From an uncultured virus (IMG/VR IMGVR_UViG_3300009105_000005) (lineage: Duplodnaviria > Heunggongvirae > Uroviricota > Caudoviricetes), in IMG/VR virus record IMGVR_UViG_3300009105_000005, positions 1 to 64,000 of that record: DNA of 64,000 nt; one strand, given 5' to 3'. Numbering within the stretch: the stretch's first letter is position 1; each line of letters begins with the position of its first letter. The notes under the pieces were generated by a model, which had not been told where the DNA came from, did no database searches, and saw only the letters and a program-made list of their open reading frames with translations. Below are positions 40,026-49,286 of this stretch, one piece after another. A program made the translations under genes and the position numbers.

Positions 40026-40454
40026 ATGCGGAAAATTACTACTATAATAATTATGTTGATGTTAATTTTAGCTGGATGCGGCAGCAGCACATTAAAACAA
40101 AGCTCCGCTAATCCCAATATTAGTAAATTCAAAGTGGCCGGAGACTACCAGAACGTTTATCGTGACCTGCTGGAAAAAACCGTAAATTGCTTTGCTCGAT
40201 CAGCAATTCCAATGCTGCGCCCGGGTAGCTACGTAGACGGAAACCTCTATCCAGACATTAAAGAAGGACATATTACCGTTTCCTCAGATTTTTGCGAATT
40301 ATTCGTTGTTCAAATTAGAAATGACGGAGATCAGGGGACTTTGGTTGTTAGTTATTATAAGACTGATAGGTGGTTAAAAAGAATCAGCCCTGTTATTATG
40401 GATTGGGTACAAAATAATATTGATAAATGTCCGGAATTAAAAGGTCCGATTTGA
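40026..40454 (+). CDS. Lipoprotein (moron-like; possible superinfection exclusion)
   Basis: RBS GGAGGA, signal peptide and lipobox LAGC. Lone plus-strand gene. Confidence 0.7.
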   Translation: MRKITTIIIMLMLILAGCGSSTLKQSSANPNISKFKVAGDYQNVYRDLLEKTVNCFARSAIPMLRPGSYVDGNLYPDIKEGHITVSSDFCELFVVQIRNDGDQGTLVVSYYKTDRWLKRISPVIMDWVQNNIDKCPELKGPI

Positions 40455-40609
40455 AAAATAAAAATGCGGAAATTCGTAAAATTTTAGAGACAAGTCCAAC
40501 CTGTCCTACCTCTATGTAATCAGCCTACATACCTTCCCTTCCTGCCTACCTATGCGTTGCACATAAGATTGGCCTGAGTATGAACATGATGTTCATCCTT
40601 ATCAATGCG

Positions 40610-40645
40610 AAAAAGACCGAGACTCCGTAGAGTCCCGGCCTGGTA
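40610..40645 (-). terminator. Intrinsic terminator
   Basis: GACCGAGACTC-CGTA-GAGTCCCGG hairpin with T tract on the minus strand, right after the 40647 stop. Confidence 0.55.
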
Positions 40646-40646
40646 A

Positions 40647-42239
40647 CTAAATTACTTGTTCGTTGGGCACATGCACCGTCCAGTCGTCGAACTCCTCGTA
40701 AGTGTGTTCATGGTAGAACGCATCATCGTAGCTATCAAAGAGCATTTCCGGTTCAGGCGGCGTCATGTCCGGCAGTTTTTCAAGCATCTGCTGACGTTTG
40801 TTCAATTCAGGCTTGAGCACGTACTCGACAAACCGTGGGCGGCCAAGGTTCTTTGTGTTTGAGTAGATCAAGTACCAATAGAACTTAGCCTGCTTGATGC
40901 TTTTAGTGTTACGCATCATGGTCAGAGAGCGTTTCTCAACTGCCGTAATACTATCAAGCAACGTTTGTACGTAGATCGCCTTGCATCCTTCAAGGTAGCT
41001 TTTGCGTTGCTTGGTAACGCCCCAGAATATAGAGCGTTGGTAGTAGTTCATCCAGTCACAGTTGTTATGTGCTTTGCGACGGATGGCGTTTATCTGGGCA
41101 AGGTTCGCATTCTCGATGAAGCGGCGTATCTTGGCGTAGCGTGGACAACCCCAAGCCCACCAGAGCTTGGGATATGTGCGTGTACCATCATCAAGAACAG
41201 CCGGTGTATGTTGAGGCCAGTACAGGTCGTCATTGATGACGTTGTACCTGAACGTATCCGGCGTACCAAACCCACGATCAAGGCGAAGTTGGCCGCACTC
41301 TGTTTCATAGGTGAATTTACCGAAGATTTCGTCAATTTCGTGATCAAGATAGTTTTCTCCGGCGTATTCTTCGTGGTCAACGAACAACGCGTCCCAAGCA
41401 TCAGCCAGTTCATCGAAGGTTTTGAAAGTGCCGATATCTTCGATGGAGCCTGATTCTATGATATCAGCGATCATGGCCTGCTCGTAGTCGCCTTCGCCTA
41501 TTTCCTGGTGGGGCGAACCGTTGTTCATAGGCTTATCGTTGATGCAGACTTCATCATCAACCAATGAGCCGGCCAGATTTTCGAAGTAGTCAAGGGCTTG
41601 TTCTATGCCGCCTTTGACTGTCCATACGAAGAAATCCGTCCAGATTCTACAGTCGGGATCGATGATATTCCAAAAATCTATCAGATCTTCGGCCTGGTCG
41701 AATGTAACTTCAAGGCCAGCGCCCTTGAATTTATAATGCAGCCAGTCGGGTCGGCGCCACTTGGAAACGATTGGTATATTCATGCCTTGACGTTGGACTT
41801 TGCCGGATCCGTTGTGGCCGTCTTCGAAGATCATACGATCAAGGCCGGTCATTTCGGTAACGTGAGCGCCAACGGCTGTCCAGCATTCGCCAAAATCGTA
41901 AACTGGCCGGTCAGCCAGATCATCGGCAATCTGCTGGTACTGATCGTCGGTGTGTTCTTTGACAACACCGCAGATTTTACCTTCGGGGCTGTACCTTGTA
42001 ATGATGTATTCCGTAGGCGGCAAGAAGGCCACGATATCCATAGAGCGATTATCGTGGGTGAACACGTCAACGTCACGTTCATGGGTGACGATGTTTTCGA
42101 CAAGTTCAGATTTGGGTTGGGTGAAGTGAATTTCTTTAGGAGTTGGCCAGCCGGGTAGATGAGACTTGACTGATGTGTGAATAGCAATGTGTTTATCGAT
42201 CCACGCTTGACGCCAAATTGATTTTGCAGTATTACGCAT
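40647..42239 (-). CDS. Large hypothetical protein
   Basis: Long ORF. Start moved to MRNTAK (RBS AAGGAG). Confidence 0.65.
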   Translation of the reverse strand: MRNTAKSIWRQAWIDKHIAIHTSVKSHLPGWPTPKEIHFTQPKSELVENIVTHERDVDVFTHDNRSMDIVAFLPPTEYIITRYSPEGKICGVVKEHTDDQYQQIADDLADRPVYDFGECWTAVGAHVTEMTGLDRMIFEDGHNGSGKVQRQGMNIPIVSKWRRPDWLHYKFKGAGLEVTFDQAEDLIDFWNIIDPDCRIWTDFFVWTVKGGIEQALDYFENLAGSLVDDEVCINDKPMNNGSPHQEIGEGDYEQAMIADIIESGSIEDIGTFKTFDELADAWDALFVDHEEYAGENYLDHEIDEIFGKFTYETECGQLRLDRGFGTPDTFRYNVINDDLYWPQHTPAVLDDGTRTYPKLWWAWGCPRYAKIRRFIENANLAQINAIRRKAHNNCDWMNYYQRSIFWGVTKQRKSYLEGCKAIYVQTLLDSITAVEKRSLTMMRNTKSIKQAKFYWYLIYSNTKNLGRPRFVEYVLKPELNKRQQMLEKLPDMTPPEPEMLFDSYDDAFYHEHTYEEFDDWTVHVPNEQVI

Positions 42240-42328
42240 GATATTGCTCCTTTCACCAGAGAGAGTTGCAATTTGCCCGTGGGTTTCGTTTGCGGCGTTG
42301 CCCACGGGCGTTTTAATTTAAGAACAAT

Positions 42329-42763
42329 TTAAGATTTATTTAATTCTGCCCGAATTTTCATAAGCAACTTTCCAAGCAAATTCTGGCCTTTAATATTTTG
42401 GCATTTGTTGCAGGTGCAATTGCCCCAAATATTATCATGCCAATAATTCCATTCGATTATTTCATCATTGCCGGTAGCGAGCAATTTTTTGCGCCATGTT
42501 GATGCTTGGAACTTATAACGCAAAGCATATTCCATAACGTCTTGTTTAATTTGCTCCCAATCGGAGCGAAGCTTGATTGACCTGCCTCGGCGCTTTGCTT
42601 GACCAGGTGTTCGTGCCAGGCTAACGTGATGCCGGTCGTTAAAGTCCTTGCTTTTCATAGCCTGGTAGAAATGTTCAGGCGTTACAAAGAAAAGTCCTTG
42701 GTACTTTAACGATTCTTCAAATGGCAAAAAATTACTAAACCAATTACGTCCTGATTTATTCAT
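42329..42763 (-). CDS. NADAR (YbiA-like) family protein
   Basis: FSNF, EHFYQAMK, LRSDWE, KF, LLATG, DNIWG and GQNLLGKLLM. Confidence 0.92.
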   Translation of the reverse strand: MNKSGRNWFSNFLPFEESLKYQGLFFVTPEHFYQAMKSKDFNDRHHVSLARTPGQAKRRGRSIKLRSDWEQIKQDVMEYALRYKFQASTWRKKLLATGNDEIIEWNYWHDNIWGNCTCNKCQNIKGQNLLGKLLMKIRAELNKS

Positions 42764-43098
42764 GATACGCTCCTTTCGGAATTAATCCATTCGATAGCGT
42801 TTTTAATAACATCTCCATGACAGGCTTTCGGAGCGCAGCAACATGTTAAAATCACTGTTTTTCCATTTTTAATTTCTCCAGCAAGCCTGTAGAGTTCCAA
42901 CCTAATCAGACTGTCCATTTTTTGCATTTCAGCCCATAAATAAGACCGAAACTTCTTAACAGCCTGATTTCTCGGTTCTTTATAAAACGGATTGCCGAGA
43001 ATTGCTCCTTTAGACTGCATAATTCCAGTTTCAGCCCAAGTATCAGAATCACACATAATACTTGGAATCTCGTTTCGATAATTGTGGACGATAACCAT
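42760..43098 (-). CDS. DUF4326 family protein
   Basis: LGNPF..R..AVKKF..LTCCCAPKACHGDVI. Confidence 0.85.
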   Translation of the reverse strand: MVIVHNYRNEIPSIMCDSDTWAETGIMQSKGAILGNPFYKEPRNQAVKKFRSYLWAEMQKMDSLIRLELYRLAGEIKNGKTVILTCCCAPKACHGDVIKNAIEWINSERSVS

Positions 43099-43174
43099 AA
43101 GAGCCCCCTTATAATCTTAAAGTTTTTGCCAAGCTTTTTTCAAAAAGCGGAAACTATAATCAGCCAAATAAAAT

Positions 43175-43745
43175 AAAAAAAGTTTTTGGTTCCACCAAGG
43201 GAAATCGTGAGGGTTCTGTCAAGACTCATGCAAAGTACATGACAGCTTGCTGGCGTGGGCTTTGCTGACTCGCTGTTTGGTCGGAACGTTCGTTTTTTGG
43301 TAAACTTTCAAAGTTCTATCGTCCTGAAAGTTTGCCCAAAAACTCCCGATCAAACAGGTCTTGACAGGTTCTGAGCGATTTCTCCAAGAACAACAAAAAT
43401 CTTTTTTTGGATGCTCTCCGCATCTGTCAAGGAGTCGCCGATTTATGTTAGGCTTGGCGCGTAAGAAGCTCTATAAAATAAAAATCAGATGTTTCCTTTA
43501 AATCTTTTTCGTCTGATTTTGATTTTTAGAGCTTCCGCGAATCCAAGCCTTACAGAAATGGGCGAAAAGAAGCCGCTTGCGGCGTTCCTTTTGACAACCG
43601 GAGGGCGTCAGGCGATAGGGGGGCTGGAAGGTGTAGTCCCTTGGGACCGAGCGAACAGCGAGCCTGGAAGACAACCGACCCGGAGGGGATCGCACTAATC
43701 TAACATAAAAAAAGCCCCAACTTAGAGAGAAGGGGCTTAATTTAT
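43175..43745 (+). ncRNA. Candidate large structured non-coding RNA
   Basis: Many nested long helices whose mismatches are G-U on the + strand. No credible ORF. Confidence 0.5.
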
Positions 43746-43960
43746 GCTGTTTAACCCGGACTTATATGCCGCCACGACAGCGAAAGGGGCTGGGCGGTTT
43801 TGGAACAAGGTGGCTGGCCTTGCTACTTATACATGAGGCGATACCGGTGCCACCGCAATCCCCTCACGAAGTCCTATGTGTCACACTCTCGGCAACATAT
43901 AGGCCAAATTGTTATAGTGGAAGCCAAGCTCTGCTCAATGATCCCGATTGAACCGGACTC

Positions 43961-44509
43961 TTACCGGACTTGGCGGGCGGGATTGCGCCCATTTTCCTTC
44001 CGATTGTCTATAATGAACAGATTTTTATGCCTTGTCAGAATCCCAGAGGCACTTACAACGGATTTTTCGGGTTTTGTCCATACTCGGATTCCCTTTTTTC
44101 CGTTAATAAGCAATATGGAGCCGTCTGGCATTGCCTTGAGTTCATTATATCGGAAGGTAAGGGTGATTTCCTCACCCTCAAATTGCTTTGGCGAATGAGC
44201 AAGCACCTTGGCTCTTAGAGCCCTGGTGTAATAATCGCCGGATTCGGCGTAAGATTGGTATGATATAAAGGCAATTGGCTGAATCCAGCCTAAAGTGTAG
44301 TTTACGACCTTCATGGTGCCAGTGATTCGCTTCATCATCTTGCATCCATCGTAAACTATGTCCCACCTTTGGGCGTCCTGGGCCGGCCAAGTGCCGAACA
44401 TGACGGTTTGGAAGCTTTCTTCAAGTATAAAGAGGCTGAATGTGACCAATCCCATGATAGATAAAATCAAGGCCACGTATTTCAGCCAGTTTTTAGACCG
44501 GCCGATCAA
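43961..44509 (-). CDS. Membrane-anchored hypothetical protein
   Basis: N-terminal TM segment. Coupled to the upstream ORF. Confidence 0.6.
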   Translation of the reverse strand: MIGRSKNWLKYVALILSIMGLVTFSLFILEESFQTVMFGTWPAQDAQRWDIVYDGCKMMKRITGTMKVVNYTLGWIQPIAFISYQSYAESGDYYTRALRAKVLAHSPKQFEGEEITLTFRYNELKAMPDGSILLINGKKGIRVWTKPEKSVVSASGILTRHKNLFIIDNRKENGRNPARQVR

Positions 44510-44862
44510 TATTTAAGCTCCAAATTTACGAGTTGAGCCGTCCATTGGGCATCCATCGGGTTCATGTCCGAAGGCACGAAGCCGTTAGGCGACAGAACAT
44601 GGAGCCGGTATCCCTGCGAAGTGATGGCATGGAATATTTGAGCGGCGGTTTCACAGGCTCCGTCTGTGCCGGTGGCTAAAGTTTCATCAATCAAAACCGT
44701 GACAAGCCGTGAATCGTGATTTATCCAATGGTGCTGAATATGTTTAAGCTGATCCGGTCTTAGATTCAGACTTTTCTCGAATGACAGCTTGGAGTACCAT
44801 CCGATCATGATCATAAACACCAAGACCACGGATAATAGCATGATTTCAACTTTGTTTTCCAT
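44506..44862 (-). CDS. Membrane-anchored hypothetical protein
   Basis: RBS AGGAG and N-terminal TM segment. Confidence 0.6.
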   Translation of the reverse strand: MENKVEIMLLSVVLVFMIMIGWYSKLSFEKSLNLRPDQLKHIQHHWINHDSRLVTVLIDETLATGTDGACETAAQIFHAITSQGYRLHVLSPNGFVPSDMNPMDAQWTAQLVNLELKY

Positions 44863-44955
44863 AATATGCTCCTGATTTTAGATAACAAAAAATGGACAGG
44901 CCGCTCATTATTTTTGGAGGCGGCGACCTGTCCATCGGTCGGTGATGCAGGCGAC

Positions 44956-45291
44956 TTAGAAGAAAGTACGGATATTGTACGAGACTCTGCCGTTATATTC
45001 CGTCCTGTCAGCGATCACGTTGATTTTGTCGCCGGGTTTGAGGGACTTGGCAACCTCGGCATGGTTACCAAAGGCCATCAGCGGGGTTCCGGCGGGGTAT
45101 TTGATTCCGTCAATGGAACGTTGTTCCGTGAAAATGATCCGGACGTACTCGGCACCGTTTTTGTCGATCTTGGTGACGGCGGAATCGACGGTAACGCCTT
45201 CCAGTTTGAGGTCTCCAGCGTAAGCCACGCCAACGCTCAGTACCAAAGCGAACATTGCTGCGAAAAGGGACAGTTTGAGTAAACGATTCAT
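44956..45291 (-). CDS. Exported OB-fold-like protein
   Basis: Signal peptide MNRLLKLSLF..AYA and OB-like beta pattern (KIDKNG..YVRI..AFG..LKPGDKI). Confidence 0.55.
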   Translation of the reverse strand: MNRLLKLSLFAAMFALVLSVGVAYAGDLKLEGVTVDSAVTKIDKNGAEYVRIIFTEQRSIDGIKYPAGTPLMAFGNHAEVAKSLKPGDKINVIADRTEYNGRVSYNIRTFF

Positions 45292-45379
45292 GATTAGTGT
45301 TCTCCTTTCGAGAAAGTTAAAAATTTTAGGAAATACAATTGACAATAGTTTTTGGGGGCTTCGCGCCCCCGTTTCAGGT

Positions 45380-45835
45380 TTAGAACGGAATGTCGTCTTC
45401 CACACGGACAGGTGCAGGCTGCTCGGTGCTTTGAGCGGCGGCGGCAGCTACTGCGGGCGGAGCGTCAGCATCCGAGGGGACGGGAGCGTTTTGACCGGCT
45501 CCGGCGGGTGCGGGGCCAAGAAGACGCAGGCGAGTGGCGCGAATTTCGGTGGTGTAACGGACGATATCATTATCATCCGTCCACTTACGGGTTTGCAGGG
45601 TGCCTTCAACAAGGATCTGCTTGCCCTTGGTGTAGAGTTCGCCGGCAATCTCTGCCAGCTTGCTCCATGCTACGATGCGGTGCCATTCGGTGCGCTCCCG
45701 AGCTTCGCCGGACTCCTTGTCCTTCCAGCGTTCGGAAGTAGCAACACTCAGGTTGGCAACTGCCACACCGCTCGGAGTGTACCGGAGTTCGGCATCACGT
45801 CCGAGGTTTCCAATCAAGGTAACTGAGTTCAGCAT
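45380..45835 (-). CDS. ssb: Single-stranded DNA-binding protein
   Basis: [29 protein letters not shown] and C-terminal DDIPF. Confidence 0.97.
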   Translation of the reverse strand: MLNSVTLIGNLGRDAELRYTPSGVAVANLSVATSERWKDKESGEARERTEWHRIVAWSKLAEIAGELYTKGKQILVEGTLQTRKWTDDNDIVRYTTEIRATRLRLLGPAPAGAGQNAPVPSDADAPPAVAAAAAQSTEQPAPVRVEDDIPF

Positions 45836-45972
45836 AATGTTGACTCCTTTCGTTAAGGGTTAAAATTACTTCAAAAACAACCAAAAATATTTTTACAAGC
45901 ATAGCCAGGCGAAAAAACAAAACGTTACGACCATGCTGATAATGAGTCCGGCGAACTGAACTATGAACAGGG

Positions 45973-46188
45973 CTAATGCACGCAAGCTCTGTTATTCCAT
46001 TTTCTCAGAGCTTGCGACGTAACCTCTCCGGTTGGTAGCCATCTCCCCATCCATACTTGCAGTTCCGCCGAACATTTACCGGACTTCGCAATTTCATCAA
46101 TAAACCGCAAAGCCTCGGTGTACCCTGCCACCGGCTCATGATACGTTCGACCGGTGGGAGTAGTGTATTCAACCCTGAGTTCGAGCAT
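45973..46188 (-). CDS. Hypothetical protein
   Basis: RBS AAGGGGG upstream. Confidence 0.5.
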   Translation of the reverse strand: MLELRVEYTTPTGRTYHEPVAGYTEALRFIDEIAKSGKCSAELQVWMGRWLPTGEVTSQALRKWNNRACVH

Positions 46189-46512
46189 AAAAACCCCCTT
46201 TCTGCGAAGGTTGAAACCTACGAAAGAACAACAAAAAATTGTTTTTAATATATTAAATCGGAAAGGATCCGTTTAGGGTGGGGGGTGGGTGTCCTTGAAG
46301 TGCTGCGACTTTAGATGCGAATTTGTCTTTGCATCTAAAACGGGGACGCGGGTTGGCCCCTTTACCCTATATTCCCCTTTAGAAAAGGCAGCGTATGAGA
46401 AATTTGAAATGAGGTCTAAAAACGGGGAACAGGGAACAGGCATGCCTGTCCGGTGGACGAAGTGCGAAAAATTTTTGAGCAGCGCCCCCGACCCTGTTCC
46501 CCCCAGGGTAGA

Positions 46513-46956
46513 TTAAGCAGCTTCGGGCAGAGGTCCGCCTTCGGTGTAATTTGGATATGGCACCGGCCGGTCGTCCAAAGATGCAGGCAAACGGCCTAAT
46601 TTGAGCATTTCTTCGGTATGGATGAACCCGAACATATTCCAGATGATCGCAGCAGCGTGATCTTCGGTCATTTCACCAAGTAGCAAGGCAGCTTTGAGGT
46701 CATTGATGTGCCTCTCGGCACTCTCCAGATAGCGCATAATATTTTGACCCTTTTCCCAATTACGGACAGCATACTTTATAGCCCCGCCTTCATAATGCAC
46801 GGCCAGCCGCTTCATGGCAAAAGGCGTAATTAAATCATACCGACCCTTGCCAACCTGAGAATCTCGAACAGAGCCCGTGTCGAATTCCTGTCTGTCCCCC
46901 GAATCCTGAATATCGAGGAAATCTACTGTGTTCTTGCTATTATCTGTTCCGTTCAT
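46513..46956 (-). CDS. dATP/dGTP diphosphohydrolase domain protein (DUF5664-like)
   Basis: GKGRYDLI, GAIKY..RNWEKG, SAERH and DHAAAIIWN. Start moved to MNGTD (RBS GGAGG). Confidence 0.85.
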   Translation of the reverse strand: MNGTDNSKNTVDFLDIQDSGDRQEFDTGSVRDSQVGKGRYDLITPFAMKRLAVHYEGGAIKYAVRNWEKGQNIMRYLESAERHINDLKAALLLGEMTEDHAAAIIWNMFGFIHTEEMLKLGRLPASLDDRPVPYPNYTEGGPLPEAA

Positions 46957-47121
46957 AATACTTTGTACCTCCATCGCTTTTAATAATATTTTAATTGCTA
47001 AGTTTGTTCCTCCGAACATAGCACTTCGCTCCTTTTTCCTGAATCACGACTGACTATCAATTTTCTACGGGCGTTTCCGAGTGAGACGGTGTAGCCGTGA
47101 TATGTGACATTTTTGTAACTT

Positions 47122-47346
47122 TTACTTATCTATACAGTCTGTGCAAACACTTGCAATCCTGCCTTTATAAACCTTAAAATCTTCAACAAATTTCAGCTTT
47201 TCGCACATTAAACAATGCGAAAAATTCTTATTGACATAATCCAAAAGATGGTCATTATCTAATAAGACCTCTGCCTCGAAAGAAAGCTGTGTTCTTGTTT
47301 CACAAATGCTCTTTACGTTTTTGATTTCCCCTACACCTTCACACAT
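47122..47346 (-). CDS. Small Cys-containing hypothetical protein
   Basis: CLMC..CTDC. Confidence 0.45.
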   Translation of the reverse strand: MCEGVGEIKNVKSICETRTQLSFEAEVLLDNDHLLDYVNKNFSHCLMCEKLKFVEDFKVYKGRIASVCTDCIDK

Positions 47347-47375
47347 ATCCCCTACCCTTTCTCCCCTTAAATTGT

Positions 47376-47768
47376 CTATGCAGCTAAATCCATTTCATTG
47401 ATGGCTTCGTGATTTATTAACCGCCATTCATCATCCAGCGGTAAGTTAATAATGCTATCAGAATCTTTGAATGATTCGTAATTCTGGATAATCCAGACCA
47501 GTTCATTGAATGTCCAAAATCCTGCACAAAGCGCACCTGTTGGTTGCCATTTTCGCATCCAGGCTTCTTGAAGGGGTGAAAGCTTATTGTCACCAACTTT
47601 AGCTTCAAGTTCGACCTTTAGGCCGGCCATACATCCTGTTAAATCAGCTTTACCCTTTCTACCCGGACCCGCATGACGTTTTTCTATTAAAGTTAGGTCA
47701 AGTTTGTTCAGATAGGTCAAACTCTGTCTGACCAGGTTCTTTTCTTTCTGTCTCAAACCTCGGCTCAC
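47376..47768 (-). CDS. VRR-NUC-like nuclease
   Basis: GKADL..ELEAK..LSPLQ..W. Confidence 0.75.
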   Translation of the reverse strand: MSRGLRQKEKNLVRQSLTYLNKLDLTLIEKRHAGPGRKGKADLTGCMAGLKVELEAKVGDNKLSPLQEAWMRKWQPTGALCAGFWTFNELVWIIQNYESFKDSDSIINLPLDDEWRLINHEAINEMDLAA

Positions 47769-47976
47769 TATCTGCCTCCTCGCCTTCCGGCATATAATCT
47801 ATTTCGGTTATTTCCGATTGAGCCATGTCCACAGTGGGAACAATCTTTACGTCAGCCCATTCAACGGCAGCTTCGTTGCCAGCTTCATCCTCATGGATAC
47901 ACCATGATTTTGACATAGCAACGATTGGCCCCTGGCCGAATTGACTTTCAACAATGTCGCCAATTTTAATTTTCAT
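47698..47976 (-). CDS. Hypothetical protein (SH3/KOW-like)
   Basis: IKIGDIV..FGQG pattern. Confidence 0.5.
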   Translation of the reverse strand: MKIKIGDIVESQFGQGPIVAMSKSWCIHEDEAGNEAAVEWADVKIVPTVDMAQSEITEIDYMPEGEEADSEPRFETERKEPGQTEFDLSEQT

Positions 47977-48229
47977 TTAAATTTATCTCTCTTTCCGGTA
48001 TTAAAATTTCAGCCACCTTTACTCGCTGAGAAATTATTATCAAAATATAAGGTTCATCTTCATCCATTTTAAACTGTTTATAAAACCGGAAATTGGAAAT
48101 CGGAATTGCTTTATTATCTTTACGATACCAAATCAGATTTATAACAGCCGGCCTTAAATATTCATTGATCCAGACAGACATTGAAACTTTACCAGGATCT
48201 CGGAAATAGACCTGAAATGTTTTTTCCAT
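47966..48229 (-). CDS. Hypothetical protein
   Basis: Coupled ORF. Confidence 0.5.
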   Translation of the reverse strand: MEKTFQVYFRDPGKVSMSVWINEYLRPAVINLIWYRKDNKAIPISNFRFYKQFKMDEDEPYILIIISQRVKVAEILIPEREINLNEN

Positions 48230-48810
48230 TATGCCGCCTTCCTTAGTTGATCCTCAGCAAATAGCGCCAGTTCACGTGTGGCCCTAACATCGGCAATAGC
48301 ATCATGTTCTTTTTCAAGTTTAATGCCGAAATGCTTACAAATCGTTCCTAATTTGTAGTTTTTGAGCCTTAAACCTGACCGGCAGATCAATTTAGCCACA
48401 TCGGTTCTGACGTCCCACGGACAGTTAAACATATAACTTCCAGGCCCGTACCGATCTCCGGCTGCCACCCATGTCTGTCTAAGGAAATCACAGTCGAACA
48501 TCACGTTAAATCCGACCTGCACAAACTTATCGGTTTTGTCGAATTTATTGACGTACTTGCTAAGTTTTTTTTTGAGAGCTGTAATTCCAATGGAAGGATG
48601 CGGAAATTCCATCAATTCAGCTTCGGTACGCCGGTTAATTTCCAGTGCCACCGGATCGATCTTCCGTCCTGGCAGCGGCTGAAATAAAAATTCAATTTCT
48701 TCTTTAATTACTCCGTCAATTTCAATGATTGCGCCAAGCTGAACCATAGAGTTCTGCCTGCAATCAACGCCTGTCGTTTCGGTGTCAAACCAGAATAACT
48801 TATTGCTCAT
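48229..48810 (-). CDS. DEDDh 3'-5' exonuclease (DnaQ-like)
   Basis: DTETTG, FNVMFD and HDAIADV. Confidence 0.92.
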   Translation of the reverse strand: MSNKLFWFDTETTGVDCRQNSMVQLGAIIEIDGVIKEEIEFLFQPLPGRKIDPVALEINRRTEAELMEFPHPSIGITALKKKLSKYVNKFDKTDKFVQVGFNVMFDCDFLRQTWVAAGDRYGPGSYMFNCPWDVRTDVAKLICRSGLRLKNYKLGTICKHFGIKLEKEHDAIADVRATRELALFAEDQLRKAA

Positions 48811-48825
48811 GTCTATTCCTTTCGG

Positions 48826-49062
48826 TTAGATTTTAGACCAACGGTTATCTGGACAGACCTCCTTTTCTTTATATATATCAAACACCGGTTTATCTGATTT
48901 TTCACAATAAAGCTGATTGAATCCTGTTTCTTCATCAAGCTGTATCCAAACAAGCTTCACATAATTGCACTTCCCCGCCAGACATTCCGGTGTATTGCTT
49001 TCTAAATAAGTTTCAACATCCCCTTCTTCTGTATTAAAATTCAGCGCAATCCCAGAACTCAT
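48826..49062 (-). CDS. Hypothetical protein
   Basis: Coupled ORF. Confidence 0.5.
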   Translation of the reverse strand: MSSGIALNFNTEEGDVETYLESNTPECLAGKCNYVKLVWIQLDEETGFNQLYCEKSDKPVFDIYKEKEVCPDNRWSKI

Positions 49063-49274
49063 TCGATTATCCCTCTATCTTTTGCCAGCCAGTCCGGAAT
49101 AATGATCTTAATGTCACGACCTTTTATCTTCGACCATCTAATTTGGGACTTTGGCAGAGACTCTTTGTTAACCCCATCCGTTACGATCAATGCACCTTTA
49201 TTTGGGTTGCCATAATGAGTTTCTTTGATAAGCTCAAAATAATATTCATCTTCATTAACGCCAACTTGTTGCAT
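49059..49274 (-). CDS. Hypothetical protein
   Basis: LPKSQI..IPDWLA motif of a common small phage family. Confidence 0.6.
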   Translation of the reverse strand: MQQVGVNEDEYYFELIKETHYGNPNKGALIVTDGVNKESLPKSQIRWSKIKGRDIKIIIPDWLAKDRGIIE

Positions 49275-49286
49275 ATCCCTCTCCGA

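Noticed and set aside
46194..46202. Self-target of the guide with spacer GAAAGGGGG
   Set aside because: Only the 9-nt A half matches this RBS; the B half does not.
46270..46510. G-quadruplex or pac/terminus site
   Set aside because: Only three adjacent G-tracts. An inverted repeat (GGGGAACAGG/CCTGTTCCCC) exists, but no function can be supported without read data.
46513..46956. Z-genome (2-aminoadenine) pathway
   Set aside because: Only the DUF5664-like hydrolase is seen, with no PurZ or DatZ in the window.
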